41,214 nucleotides of DNA from Candidatus Methylomirabilia bacterium (GCA_041476345.1 JBGOTH010000001.1:1-41214), one strand, 5' to 3'; positions 27,497-37,561 are shown, numbered from the stretch's first letter. Numbers and translations: made by a program. Notes: generated from the sequence alone by a model not told the origin.

Positions 27497-27594
27497 AGTG
27501 ACCTCCTTCGGGAAGCCGGTGCCGGAGTGCACTGAGCGTCGGTATTGGAGAGAAGGGCCCGAGGGGCCAAGTTCGACGACGCAAAGAAGGTACA

Positions 27595-27638
27595 GCTTCC
27601 CGCCCGAGATTCTTACCAATTCGACCGCAGCGGGAAGC
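27595..27638. repeat. 9-bp inverted repeat with AT-richer 26-nt loop in the 400-bp divergent intergenic region
   Basis: GCTTCCCGC (27595-27603) pairs with GCGGGAAGC (27630-27638). The loop is CCGAGATTCTTACCAATTCGACCGCA. Function unknown. Confidence 0.3.
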
Positions 27639-27717
27639 GCGGCCTCGGACGCCCGCCACCCCTCCAGCGACACGCTCGCCCGGCTGCCTATTTCCGCTGT
27701 GGTCTTGACGACCGGGG

Positions 27718-27745
27718 TGGGGCAGCAGGAGGACACGTGAGGCGG
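27718..27745. promoter_or_regulatory. TGGGG-N8-GGAC+ACGTGAGGCGG element upstream of P10
   Basis: Reads TGGGGCAGCAGGAGGACACGTGAGGCGG. The right CCCC is replaced by GGAC but the ACGTGAGG tail is conserved. It lies 122 bp upstream of the P10 GG. Confidence 0.4.
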
Positions 27746-27851
27746 GAGTGCCCGCCCAAGCCTCTCGGAGCCAAGCCTTGGCATCGCCGGGTGTGCCGTG
27801 GAACGCCGCAGTTAGACGTCGCGTTCGGCGAATCGTGTCTCGGGCGTGCTC

Positions 27852-27867
27852 TGGCACCGCCCTTGCC
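27852..27867 (+). promoter_or_regulatory. sigma-54 promoter P10 (tandem-USP / glucan synthase operon)
   Basis: Reads (C)TGGCACCGCCCTTGCC, near-consensus, with GG-N10-GC exact. The leader to the ATG at 27899 is about 21 nt and includes the SD GGAGGAGG. Confidence 0.75.
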
Positions 27868-27898
27868 TCAACTGAGGTCCTTCGTTGGAGGAGGCAGC

Positions 27899-28951
27899 AT
27901 GCCCGTGAACTTGATTTCGAAGACCGTTCCCGGAGCCGCCACTGGGCCGATGACTGGACACCCCGAAGCCGGGTGCGCCGGGCTCGCGATCCGCCATGTG
28001 CTCGTTCCCCTGGACGGGTCGGCGCTCGCCGAATGTGCTCTCCCCTGGACGGTCGCAGTGGCGATGGCGCTGCCCGCGCGCTTGACGCTCCTGCGCGTCC
28101 TCGAGAAACCTGCCCTCTCGTGCTCGACGAGCCATCACCACGACGCCGTGGACTGGGAGATGCGGAGAGTCGAGGCCCAGAGCGAGCTCACCAGGATCGA
28201 CCGCGAGCTCAAGGCAAGAGGGCTCACATCGTCGATCGAGCTGCTCGAGGGACGGCCCGCCGAGCAGATCGTCAATTTCGCCGGGGCTCAGCATGTCGAT
28301 CTCGTCGTGCTCTCGAGCCACGGTGAGGGAGGACTCAGCGGATGGGCTCTCAGCAGCACGGTCTCGATGGTCGTCGCGCGGACGCACAATTCGGTGCTCC
28401 TCGTCCCCGCGCGCGCGACCGAAGGCCGGCGGATCGGCGAGGTGCAGATGCGCCGGCTCCTCGTGCCTCTCGATTGCTCGCCACGCGCGGAGTGCATCCT
28501 GCCGCTCGCGACGGCGCTCTCACGTGCGCATGACGCCGAGATCATCCTCGCGCACGTCGTGCCGGAGCCCGAGATGCCACGGCGTCTGCCCCCATCGGGG
28601 GAGGATCTGGCGGTCGCGTCGACGTTCACCGAGCGAAACCGGGTCGAAGCCGAGCGCTATCTCGGCGAGGTGCGAGACCGGCTCGTGGAGCAGAACGTTC
28701 GAGTCGGCACGCGCATCGTGGTGTCGTCGCAGAGAGCACGAGCCATTCGGGCGATGGCCGACGAGACCGGCGCCGACCTCGTGATGGTGAGCGCGCACGG
28801 GCGGACCGGCGACGCGAATGAACGGTACGGCAGCGTGGCGGCACGGCTGATGGAGCAAAGTCGCCGGCCTATTCTCGTGCTTCAAGATCTCGGGTCCGGA
28901 CGCGAGCCGACGCCCGACGAAGAGGCGGCGCGAAGCCGTCCCGGGCACTGA
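27899..28951 (+). CDS. tandem universal stress protein (two USP domains)
   Basis: Two repeats of the pattern VLVPLDGS...A...LL.V....DLVV.SSHG..G...W.LSSTV..V......VLLV. The start is taken at ATG 27899; the open frame back to 27545 spans the promoter. Confidence 0.85.
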   Translation: MPVNLISKTVPGAATGPMTGHPEAGCAGLAIRHVLVPLDGSALAECALPWTVAVAMALPARLTLLRVLEKPALSCSTSHHHDAVDWEMRRVEAQSELTRIDRELKARGLTSSIELLEGRPAEQIVNFAGAQHVDLVVLSSHGEGGLSGWALSSTVSMVVARTHNSVLLVPARATEGRRIGEVQMRRLLVPLDCSPRAECILPLATALSRAHDAEIILAHVVPEPEMPRRLPPSGEDLAVASTFTERNRVEAERYLGEVRDRLVEQNVRVGTRIVVSSQRARAIRAMADETGADLVMVSAHGRTGDANERYGSVAARLMEQSRRPILVLQDLGSGREPTPDEEAARSRPGH

Positions 28952-28983
28952 AGCCCGGGCATCCCCTGGCGGCGAGCGCACGC

Positions 28984-31900
28984 GTGGCATCCGGTGGCAA
29001 GGGCGTTCGGCTCGCCGAACGCCTGCGCGGCCCGCAGGAAGCCCTCGAGGCCACGTATCGACGTCTCGCTGGAGGCGCCCCGGGCGCGGATCGACCTGCG
29101 GCGGAGTGGCTGCTCGACAACTACTACATCGTCGAGCGGGCCTTCCAACTGGTTCGGGAGGAGTTCCCGCCCGCGTTCGAGCACCGTCTCCCGCCCAGTG
29201 CTCCCGGTCCGCTGCTCGGTTTCCCCGTGAGCTATGCACTGGCTCAGGAAATCGTCACCGCCGGCGCCCAGCTCGTCGAGGTAGACACGATCGTACGGGT
29301 CGTCGAGGAATTCCAAACCGTCCGCACTCTATCGGTGGCGGAGGTCTGGGCACTGCCCGTGCTCCTCCGCATCGTGCTGCTCGAGTCCCTGGCATCCGCC
29401 GTCTCCATCGCACTCCCCGAGGAGAGAGCCGCGGGGGAAACGGCGGGGGACCGGATCGTCGCGGCCTGCATCCGCAGTCTGCACACCCTCGAGACCACCG
29501 ATTGGAGAGTGTTCTTCGAAAGGGTCAGCGAGATCGAGCGGATCCTCCGCGAGGACCCGGCCGGCGCGTACGCCCGGATGGACTTCGAGACGCGCGATCG
29601 CTACCGCAAGGTCGTGGAAGAACTGGCCGCGCGCAGCGACTGGTCCGAGGAAGCCGTCGCGCGCGAGGCTGTCGAGCGGTCGCGGAAAGGCATGGACGGC
29701 CGTCGCGGCCATGTCGGCTACCACCTCATCGACGGCGGCTCCGAGGCGCTCGGTCACGCGGTCGGCTACCGTCCCCGTTGGGGAACGCGATGGCGTCGCT
29801 TCCTTCTGCGTCACCCGACGCCGTGGTACCTCGGCGCGATCGCCGTGGTTGCCGTGGTTCATCTGGTGGCGCTGGGCATGGCGCTACTCGCTACGGGAAC
29901 CGCGTCTGTCGTTATCGCTGCAGGGCTGGTGCTGGCCCTCGTCCCCGCCGCGACCATCGCCGTAAGTGTCGTGAACCGTCTCGGGACGCGTGTCGTCCCG
30001 GTGCGCGTTCTGCCCAAGCTGGACTTCCGCGAGGGCCTCCCCATCGATTGCCGAACCATGATCGTCGTCCACGCCATCCTCTCGCCGGAAGACGATATCG
30101 CGCCACTGCTGTCGCGGCTCGAGGTTCACGGGCTCGCCAGCGCCGACGCCAATCTCCATCTCGCCCTGCTCGTCACGCTCGCGGACGCGCCCGAGGAATC
30201 GATGCCGGGTGACGTCGATCTGCTACGACGGCTCGAAGCAGGCGTGCGCGCGCTGAATGCAAAGTACGGGCACGGCGCCAGCGGCCCGTTTCACGTGTTG
30301 CATCGAAGGCGACTGTGGAACCCCGGTGAGGGGTGCTGGATGGGCTGGGAGCGCAAGCGCGGCCAGCTCGCCGAGTTCAACCGCCTGCTCGCCGGCGACC
30401 ATCGGACCAGCTTTGCGACGCACGTCGGCGATGCGAGCTTCCTTTCGACGACCCGGTTCGTGATCACCCTGGACACGGACACCGAGCTCCCCCGTGGCGC
30501 GGCCCGCCGCCTCGTCGCCACCCTCGCGCATCCCCTCAACCGGGCCGAGATCGAGACCGGGACGGGTCGCGTGACCGCCGGCTACACGGTCCTGCAGCCT
30601 CGGATGGAAGTGACGCCCTCGGGCGCCGCCTCGTCGCTCTCGCGCCTCTTCGCGGGGGACCCCGGCTTCGATCTCTACGCCCGCGCGTCATCGGACGTGT
30701 ACCAGGACCTCTTCGGCGAGGGCGTCTACGTCGGCAAGGGGATCTACGACCCGGTGGCGTTCGAGGCGAGCCTGCGCGGGCGGGTGCCGGAGAACGCAAT
30801 CCTCAGTCACGACCTCTTCGAGGGAATTCACGGAAGAACGGCGCTGGTGACGGACGTCGTCCTCTTCGAGAACTACCCCGCCGACTACCGTAGTTACTGG
30901 CGACGTCTCCACCGCTGGGTCCGGGGAGACTGGCAATTGCTCCCGTGGCTCGGCCCCCGGGTACCCCTTGCGGCAGGCGGTCGCGCACCGAACCGACTGT
31001 CGCTGATCTCGCGTTGGAAGATCATCGACAACCTTCGCCGCACCTTGCTTCCGCCGACATTGCTCGCCTTCCTGCTCCTGGCATGGGTTGGGTTCCCCAG
31101 CTCGCCCGCCGTGTGGACGATGATCGCCGTCCTCGTGCTCGCGGCCCCGCTGCTCACGGAGGCGATGGGAGGTCTCCTCGCGGCGAATCGGGTGGCGGCC
31201 TTGCCTCCGGCCGTCCGGGGCGTGGTGCTGCGACTGCGGCCTGCGTCGGTGCTCTGGATCCTCCACATCGCCCTGCTCCCCCATCGCGCCGTCGTCCTGG
31301 CTGACGCCATTCTCCGCACGCTCGTCCGTCTGCGCCGGGGGCGCCGCCTTCTGGAATGGACGTCAGCGGCGCGCGTGGCACGCCTGCTGGTTGACACGGA
31401 GTCACGCCGACTGTTCTGGCGCGAAATGGTCACGGCTCCCATCATCGCAATCGGCACGCTGGTGCTGCTCGCGCTCTGTCGGCCGACCGCGCTTCCGGCC
31501 GCGCTTCCACTCGCGGCGCTCTGGCTCCTCGCTCCCGAAATCGCGGCGTTCGTCAGCCGGCCACGACGTCGGCGTGTGGCGGCGCTGTCGGAGGGCGATG
31601 CTCGACGCCTCCGTCTGCTGGCGCGCCGCACGTGGCTCTTCTTCGACAGGTTCGTGGGACCGGACGACCACTGGCTGCCACCTGATCACTTCCACGAGGA
31701 GCCGCGCGGTGAAGTCGCGCGGCGAACCTCGCCGACCAACATCGGACTCCTGCAACTCGCCACGCTGTCCGCGCACGATCTCGGTCACGCGGGTTTGCTG
31801 TCCGTGATCCTGCGCCTGCGGAACACGTTCGAGACGCTCGCACGCATGGAGCGCCACCGCGGCCACTTCTACAACTGGTACGACACACGCGATCTCTCTC

Positions 31901-34900
31901 CGCTGTCGCCCCGTTATGTCTCCACGGTCGACAGCGGAAATCTCGCCGCCTGTCTTTTGGTCGTGAAGCAGGCCTGTCGGGAGCTCGTCGGGGCCCCTGT
32001 CATCGGGCCTGCCCGATGGGATGGGCTGATCGACACGCTGGACATGCTGCCTCAGGTCATCGAGCGACGCGTTCGACAGGAGCACGCCGAGCGGTTCACC
32101 GCCCTTCGCACGTGCGTGGAGAAGATGCGCGCGGAGGCGATCGAGTTGAAGGCGGCGCGGCAGGCGTGGGGGCCCGGCATCGCCTCGCTCCTCGAGCGCG
32201 GCGGCACCGAGCTCGATCAGGCCGTTCTCGCGGCGATCGCGCAGGACGGCGCAGGCCTCGATTCCGATCTGCTCTCTGAGCTGCGCGTGTGGTCCGCCGA
32301 AGTGCCCCAGCACCTCGAGGCCATGTGGCGCGACGTCGAGCTCTGTCTTCCGTGGGAGGCGCCGGATGCCAGGCCACCTGTCGTGGGACCTGGAGACGTT
32401 CGCGAGGCGCTGGCGGAGACATGGACGGCGCTCGAGCGAAGCCTCCCCGTCGATCCCACGCTGAACGGGCTGCCCTCGACGTGCGAGACCGCCAGCGCCG
32501 GCCTGTCACGGCTCGAGAAGCAACTTGATGGGTCGCCCAACGACGCGGCGGGTCTGGCGGAAGCACGCGCCTGGGCAGAGCGCCTCCAGAAGGCGATCGC
32601 ACGGGCACGCGAGACCGCGCGCAGCATGCTGTCCACTCTCGATGTGCTCGCGGAACAGGCCGAGGCGCTCTTCGATGCGATGGACTTCACCTTCCTTTAC
32701 GACGAGGGACGACGACTCTTCTACATCGGCCACGATGTCACCGCGGATCGCCACGACGCTTACCACTACGACCTGCTCGCCTCCGAGGCGAGGCTGGCCA
32801 GCTTCATCGCCATCGCGAAGGGCGACGTCCCTGAAGAGCACTGGCTCCAGCTCGGCCGGCCGCTCGCTCGCGTGGACGGCGCGACCGCACTCCTCTCCTG
32901 GAACGGCACGATGTTCGAGTACCTGATGCCGACGCTGCTCTTGCGCGAAGCGCCGGACAGTCTGATGGGTCGAGCGTGCGTAGCCGCCGTGCAGACCCAG
33001 ATCGCATACGCCGGCCGTCATGGCGTGCCGTGGGGCATGTCGGAATCGGAGTACTACCGCTTCGACGCCCAGCGCAACTACCGGTACCGCGCCTTCGGCG
33101 TCCCTGATCTCGGCTTCAAGCGCGGGTTGGCGGACGACATCGTCGTCGCGCCGTATGCCTCCCTGCTCGCGTTGCCGTTTGCGCTACCGGCGGTGATGGC
33201 GAATCTCGACCGCCTGGACGAGCTCGGCGTCCTGGGACGCTACGGGCTCTACGAAGCCGTGGACTTCACGGCGTCACGTCTGGAGGCCGGGACGACCCAC
33301 GCCATCGTCCGCTCGTTCATGGCCCACCACCAGGGGATGATCCTCACGTCGATCAATAACCTGATCCACGACGCGCGCATGGTGCATCGCTTCCACGCCG
33401 ACGCCATCGTCAGAACGACGGAAACGCTCCTCTTCGAGCGTCCGGCCGTCGCGGCTCCGAAGACCCTGACGCGCCTCGTGCTCGCCATGCCTCGCCCTGC
33501 TCCACTCCGGCGAGCACCGCTCGCACCGTGGTCGGCGCGTTCCGGCACTGGCATTCCGCAGGCCCACGTGCTGTCGAACGGTCGCTATCGCGTCCTCGTC
33601 TCGGAAGGAGGCGGCGGCAGCGACTGGGGTGCCGTGGCCCTCACGCGCTGGCAGGCTGACCGCACGCTCGACGGCCCCGGCTTCCGTGTGTACCTTCGCG
33701 ATCTCGACCGCCGACTCTCCTGGTCTGTGACGCCCGGTGACGGCGAGCTGGTGTTCCACGCGCACATGGTCGAGCGGCGTCAGCGCGTCCACGACATCGC
33801 GCTTCACGAGCAGGTCTGCGTGGCGCCGGACGATGACATCGAAGTCCGGCTGGTGACGCTGCGGAACCACACGGCCTCGCGGCGGCGGCTGGTCGTGACG
33901 AGCTACGCGGAGGTCGTGGTCGGTGACGCAGCCGAGGACCAGCGACATCCGGCGTTCAGCAAGCTGTTCGTCGAAAGCGAGTACGTCGACGACCTGCACG
34001 CGCTCGTGTTCCACCGCCGCCCGCCCTCGGCGCGAAAGCCCGACGCCTGGCTCGCCCACCTGTTGGTGCTCCCCTCCGCACGGGCGCGAGCGGCCGGTTA
34101 CGAAAGCTCGCGCGAGCGCTTCGTCGGCCGCGGAAGGACGGTGCGGCAGCCGGGCGCATTCGACCGAGACGAGCCGACCGGCGCGGGAATGACGGGCGCG
34201 ACGCTCGATCCGATCATGGCGCTGTCGGCAGAGATCGAGCTCCCGGCGTATCACGCCGCGACGATCGGCTATGTGGTCCTGGCCGCCAATTCACGCGAGG
34301 ACGTCCTCGCCCTCGCGCGCCGCTATCGCTCGCTTCCGACCCTCGAGTGGAGCTTCGAGCTGGCGCGCCAGCGCAGCGAAGCCGAAGTCGCCGATCTGGC
34401 GCTCAGCTCGCAGGATCTCCCAGCGGTGGCGATGCTGCTCTCTCTTCTCCTGTACTCCCACGACGCCCTGCGAGCTCCCGCCGGGATCCTCGCCGCAAAC
34501 CGCCTCGGGCAACGCTCTCTGTGGAAGTACGCGCTCTCCGGAGACCTGCCGATCCTCCTCGTGCGTATCGGCTCCGCCGAGGACGCGGCGATCCTCTCTT
34601 CAGTGCTGCGCGCACACCGCTTCTGGCGAGGACGGGGCGTCTCCGTGGACGTGGTCATCCTGAACGAGCGGGCCGAAGGCTACCTGACCGAGACCGACGA
34701 TCACGTCAACCGTGCGATCACGCAGGCCGGTGCCGACGCCTGGCGCGATCGGCCGGGCGGCGTCTTCGTCATCCCGTCCGCTCGGATCGCGGAGGCCGAT
34801 CGCATCCTGCTCCTGTCGGCGGCGCGCGTCGTGCTGGACGGCACTCAGGGGAGCATCGGCCAGCAGCTCGCGCGTATGGGAGCCGAGCCGGCGAGACTAC

Positions 34901-37362
34901 CGCGCCTCGTTCCGAGCCTGGCGCAGCCACCGGCGTCGGAGAGCCTCCCGCGACCGGACACGCTCGTGTTCGACAACGGACTCGGAGGATTCAGCGCCGA
35001 CGGCCGCGAGTACGTGATCCACCTGGAGCCGGGCACGTCGACGCCGGCGCCGTGGGTGAACGTGGTGGCGAATCGGCACCTGGGCTTCGTCGTGTCTGAG
35101 TCCGGCGGCGGCTACACGTGGGCCGAGAACAGCGGCGAGAACCGGCTGACGCCGTGGCGCAACGATCCGACGGCGGATGAGCCGGGCGAGGTCGTATATC
35201 TCCGCGACGAGGAGACCGGTGCCGTGTGGACTCCGACGCCGCGGCCGACCCCGGCCGACGGCGGCTACCAGATCCGCTACGGGGCGGGGTACGCCACCTT
35301 CGTGCACCGCAGCCACGGACTGGAGCAGACGTTGCGTCTGTGGGTCCCGCCCGACGATCCGATCAAGCTCGTCGAGCTCAGGCTCACCAACCGGCTGGAC
35401 CGCCCCCGCCGCCTGACGGTGACGTACTACGTCGAGTGGGTGCTCGGGGCAACGCGCGATCGATCGCAGGCGTTCGTGGTACCGGAATTCGATCCGGCCT
35501 CGGAGGCCCTGCTCGCGCGGAGCCCGTGGAACGAGGATTTCGCAGACCGCGTGGCGTTCGTCGCGGCGAGCGACAAGCTCCACGGCCTGACTGCCGACCG
35601 AACGGAGTTCCTCGGCCGGCACGGCCACTATGCCGCCCCGGCGGCGATGGAACGCATCGGTCTCGCGAGCGCGGTCCGCGCCGGGCTCGATCCGTGCGCC
35701 GCGCTGCAGCTTCATCTCGACCTCGCGCCCGGCGCGACGGCGCAGGTGCACTTCATGCTCGGCCAGGCCGCGGGACGCGACGAGGCATTGGGCCTCGTGA
35801 CGAAGTACCGCGAGCGCGCCACCGTCGAGGCCGCGTGGGCCGATCTGCAGCGGCACTGGGACGCAGTGCTTGGCACGGTGACCGTGCGCACGCCGGATCC
35901 CGCGCTCGATGTGATGCTCAACCGGTGGCTCCTCTACCAGGTGCTCTCGAGCCGGGTCTGGGGGCGGACCGGCTACTACCAATCCAGCGGCGCGGTCGGG
36001 TTCCGCGATCAGCTGCAGGACGTCGCCGCGCTGATCCATGCCGCACCCACGATGTGCCGAGACCATATCCTCGAGGCGGCGCGGCACCAGTTCGAGGAGG
36101 GAGACGTGCTTCACTGGTGGCACCCACCGGCGGGCGCCGGGGTGCGGACGCGGTGCTCCGACGATCTTCTGTGGCTGCCCTTCATCACGGCGCACTACGT
36201 CGAGGCCACTGGAGACGACACGATTCTGTCCGAGGAGGTGGCATTCCTCGCCGGGGCGCCGCTCGAGCCGAACGAGGTCGAGCGCTACGCCCGCTTCGAA
36301 CCCTGCGAACGCCGCGCGCCGCTCTACCGGCATTGCGTGGCGGCGCTGGAGCGCGGTCTAACCGCGGGTCCCCATGGCCTGCCCCTCTTCGGAAGCGGCG
36401 ACTGGAACGACGGGATGAACCGCGTCGGGATCGGCGGTCGCGGTGAAAGCGTGTGGCTCGGCTGGTTCCTTCACGCGACGCTCACGCGCTTCGCGTGCGT
36501 GAGCGAGCGCATGGGCGATACGGATCGAGCACGGACGCTGCGACGCCAGGCGGAGGAACTGCGCACCGCACTCGAAGCCTCGGCGTGGGACGGGGCATGG
36601 TACCGGCGTGGATACTACGACGACGGTACGCCGCTCGGATCGGCCCAGCGGGTCGAATGCCGGATCGATTCCCTCGCCCAATCCTGGGCGGTCCTCTCGT
36701 CAGCGGCGGACAAGCCGCGAGCCGCGTCGTCGATGGACGCGGTGGCAGAACACCTCGTGCGCGAGGAGGATGGACTGATCCTCCTCCTCGTGCCTCCCTT
36801 CGCAAGCTCCGAACAGGATCCCGGCTACATCCGCGGCTACCCTCCGGGCATTCGGGAAAATGGCGGCCAGTACACCCACGCCGCACTGTGGGTGCTCTGG
36901 GCGCTGGTGGAGCGCGGCGACGTCGAGCGCGCGGTCGGTCTGTTCCAGCGGCTGCTGCCGATCCATCACGCACTCACGCGCGGTGCGGTGGTCACCTATC
37001 GAGCCGAACCGTACGTGATGGCCGCCGATGTGTACGCGGCGCCACCGTGGACCGGTCGCGGAGGCTGGACCTGGTACACAGGTGCCGCGGCTTGGGCATA
37101 TCGCCTGGGCATCGAAGCGATCCTGGGGCTGCGGCCTTCGCGGGCAGGATGGCGCCTCGATCCACACATTCCGGCGAGCTGGCCCGAATTCGAAATGGCC
37201 GTACGCGACGGGCTCACCGTCCTTCACATTCGCGTGGAGAACCCGCGCCGCGTGAACTCAGGGGTCGAGCGGATGCTCCTCGACGGCGAGCCCATCGATC
37301 CGCCGATCCTGCCGCGCCTGAAAGACGGGCGGACTCACGAGGTACGCGTCACGATGGGATAG
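28984..37362 (+). CDS. cyclic beta-1,2-glucan synthase-like protein (NdvB/ChvB/Cgs type: TM GT84 + GH94 phosphorylase-like domains)
   Basis: 2792 aa. The N-terminus has EWLLDNYYIVERAF. TM helices follow, then the GT motif ITLDTDTELPRGAA. The C-terminal GH94-like blocks are GFRDQLQD, HWWHP and FGSGDWNDGMNRVG. Confidence 0.85.
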   Translation: MASGGKGVRLAERLRGPQEALEATYRRLAGGAPGADRPAAEWLLDNYYIVERAFQLVREEFPPAFEHRLPPSAPGPLLGFPVSYALAQEIVTAGAQLVEVDTIVRVVEEFQTVRTLSVAEVWALPVLLRIVLLESLASAVSIALPEERAAGETAGDRIVAACIRSLHTLETTDWRVFFERVSEIERILREDPAGAYARMDFETRDRYRKVVEELAARSDWSEEAVAREAVERSRKGMDGRRGHVGYHLIDGGSEALGHAVGYRPRWGTRWRRFLLRHPTPWYLGAIAVVAVVHLVALGMALLATGTASVVIAAGLVLALVPAATIAVSVVNRLGTRVVPVRVLPKLDFREGLPIDCRTMIVVHAILSPEDDIAPLLSRLEVHGLASADANLHLALLVTLADAPEESMPGDVDLLRRLEAGVRALNAKYGHGASGPFHVLHRRRLWNPGEGCWMGWERKRGQLAEFNRLLAGDHRTSFATHVGDASFLSTTRFVITLDTDTELPRGAARRLVATLAHPLNRAEIETGTGRVTAGYTVLQPRMEVTPSGAASSLSRLFAGDPGFDLYARASSDVYQDLFGEGVYVGKGIYDPVAFEASLRGRVPENAILSHDLFEGIHGRTALVTDVVLFENYPADYRSYWRRLHRWVRGDWQLLPWLGPRVPLAAGGRAPNRLSLISRWKIIDNLRRTLLPPTLLAFLLLAWVGFPSSPAVWTMIAVLVLAAPLLTEAMGGLLAANRVAALPPAVRGVVLRLRPASVLWILHIALLPHRAVVLADAILRTLVRLRRGRRLLEWTSAARVARLLVDTESRRLFWREMVTAPIIAIGTLVLLALCRPTALPAALPLAALWLLAPEIAAFVSRPRRRRVAALSEGDARRLRLLARRTWLFFDRFVGPDDHWLPPDHFHEEPRGEVARRTSPTNIGLLQLATLSAHDLGHAGLLSVILRLRNTFETLARMERHRGHFYNWYDTRDLSPLSPRYVSTVDSGNLAACLLVVKQACRELVGAPVIGPARWDGLIDTLDMLPQVIERRVRQEHAERFTALRTCVEKMRAEAIELKAARQAWGPGIASLLERGGTELDQAVLAAIAQDGAGLDSDLLSELRVWSAEVPQHLEAMWRDVELCLPWEAPDARPPVVGPGDVREALAETWTALERSLPVDPTLNGLPSTCETASAGLSRLEKQLDGSPNDAAGLAEARAWAERLQKAIARARETARSMLSTLDVLAEQAEALFDAMDFTFLYDEGRRLFYIGHDVTADRHDAYHYDLLASEARLASFIAIAKGDVPEEHWLQLGRPLARVDGATALLSWNGTMFEYLMPTLLLREAPDSLMGRACVAAVQTQIAYAGRHGVPWGMSESEYYRFDAQRNYRYRAFGVPDLGFKRGLADDIVVAPYASLLALPFALPAVMANLDRLDELGVLGRYGLYEAVDFTASRLEAGTTHAIVRSFMAHHQGMILTSINNLIHDARMVHRFHADAIVRTTETLLFERPAVAAPKTLTRLVLAMPRPAPLRRAPLAPWSARSGTGIPQAHVLSNGRYRVLVSEGGGGSDWGAVALTRWQADRTLDGPGFRVYLRDLDRRLSWSVTPGDGELVFHAHMVERRQRVHDIALHEQVCVAPDDDIEVRLVTLRNHTASRRRLVVTSYAEVVVGDAAEDQRHPAFSKLFVESEYVDDLHALVFHRRPPSARKPDAWLAHLLVLPSARARAAGYESSRERFVGRGRTVRQPGAFDRDEPTGAGMTGATLDPIMALSAEIELPAYHAATIGYVVLAANSREDVLALARRYRSLPTLEWSFELARQRSEAEVADLALSSQDLPAVAMLLSLLLYSHDALRAPAGILAANRLGQRSLWKYALSGDLPILLVRIGSAEDAAILSSVLRAHRFWRGRGVSVDVVILNERAEGYLTETDDHVNRAITQAGADAWRDRPGGVFVIPSARIAEADRILLLSAARVVLDGTQGSIGQQLARMGAEPARLPRLVPSLAQPPASESLPRPDTLVFDNGLGGFSADGREYVIHLEPGTSTPAPWVNVVANRHLGFVVSESGGGYTWAENSGENRLTPWRNDPTADEPGEVVYLRDEETGAVWTPTPRPTPADGGYQIRYGAGYATFVHRSHGLEQTLRLWVPPDDPIKLVELRLTNRLDRPRRLTVTYYVEWVLGATRDRSQAFVVPEFDPASEALLARSPWNEDFADRVAFVAASDKLHGLTADRTEFLGRHGHYAAPAAMERIGLASAVRAGLDPCAALQLHLDLAPGATAQVHFMLGQAAGRDEALGLVTKYRERATVEAAWADLQRHWDAVLGTVTVRTPDPALDVMLNRWLLYQVLSSRVWGRTGYYQSSGAVGFRDQLQDVAALIHAAPTMCRDHILEAARHQFEEGDVLHWWHPPAGAGVRTRCSDDLLWLPFITAHYVEATGDDTILSEEVAFLAGAPLEPNEVERYARFEPCERRAPLYRHCVAALERGLTAGPHGLPLFGSGDWNDGMNRVGIGGRGESVWLGWFLHATLTRFACVSERMGDTDRARTLRRQAEELRTALEASAWDGAWYRRGYYDDGTPLGSAQRVECRIDSLAQSWAVLSSAADKPRAASSMDAVAEHLVREEDGLILLLVPPFASSEQDPGYIRGYPPGIRENGGQYTHAALWVLWALVERGDVERAVGLFQRLLPIHHALTRGAVVTYRAEPYVMAADVYAAPPWTGRGGWTWYTGAAAWAYRLGIEAILGLRPSRAGWRLDPHIPASWPEFEMAVRDGLTVLHIRVENPRRVNSGVERMLLDGEPIDPPILPRLKDGRTHEVRVTMG

Positions 37363-37363
37363 C

Positions 37364-37561
37364 TCAGCCCTTCTTGACTCGTGGCTTCGCCCGTCCCCAC
37401 AGCACGCGCGGCCCGCGTGGACTCTGGAGGATCATCGTGTCTTTGCGGACGGCAGTGGTCGCGCTCTTCTGGCGCCGCTTGACGGCGGGCGTCGAGCGCG
37501 TCTCGACGGGAGGGCGACCGGCCTTCGGAGATCGGGGTGGATGCGGAGCGTCCTTTGCCAT
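37364..37561 (-). CDS. 65-aa highly basic small protein (MAKDAPHPPRSPKAGRPPVETRSTPAVKRRQKSATTAVRKDT...KPRVKKG)
   Basis: SD GAGAGGAG lies 7 nt upstream of the ATG at 37561. It is downstream of the MFS gene on the same strand. Its stop is 1 nt from the convergent glucan synthase stop. No family recognised. Confidence 0.45.
   Translation of the reverse strand: MAKDAPHPPRSPKAGRPPVETRSTPAVKRRQKSATTAVRKDTMILQSPRGPRVLWGRAKPRVKKG

Noticed and set aside
27779-27793. TGGCATCGCCGGGTG as an additional sigma-54 -24 element upstream of P10
   Set aside because: The position where the -12 GC should be reads TG. No start codon is appropriately placed, and P10, 73 bp downstream, is near-consensus.
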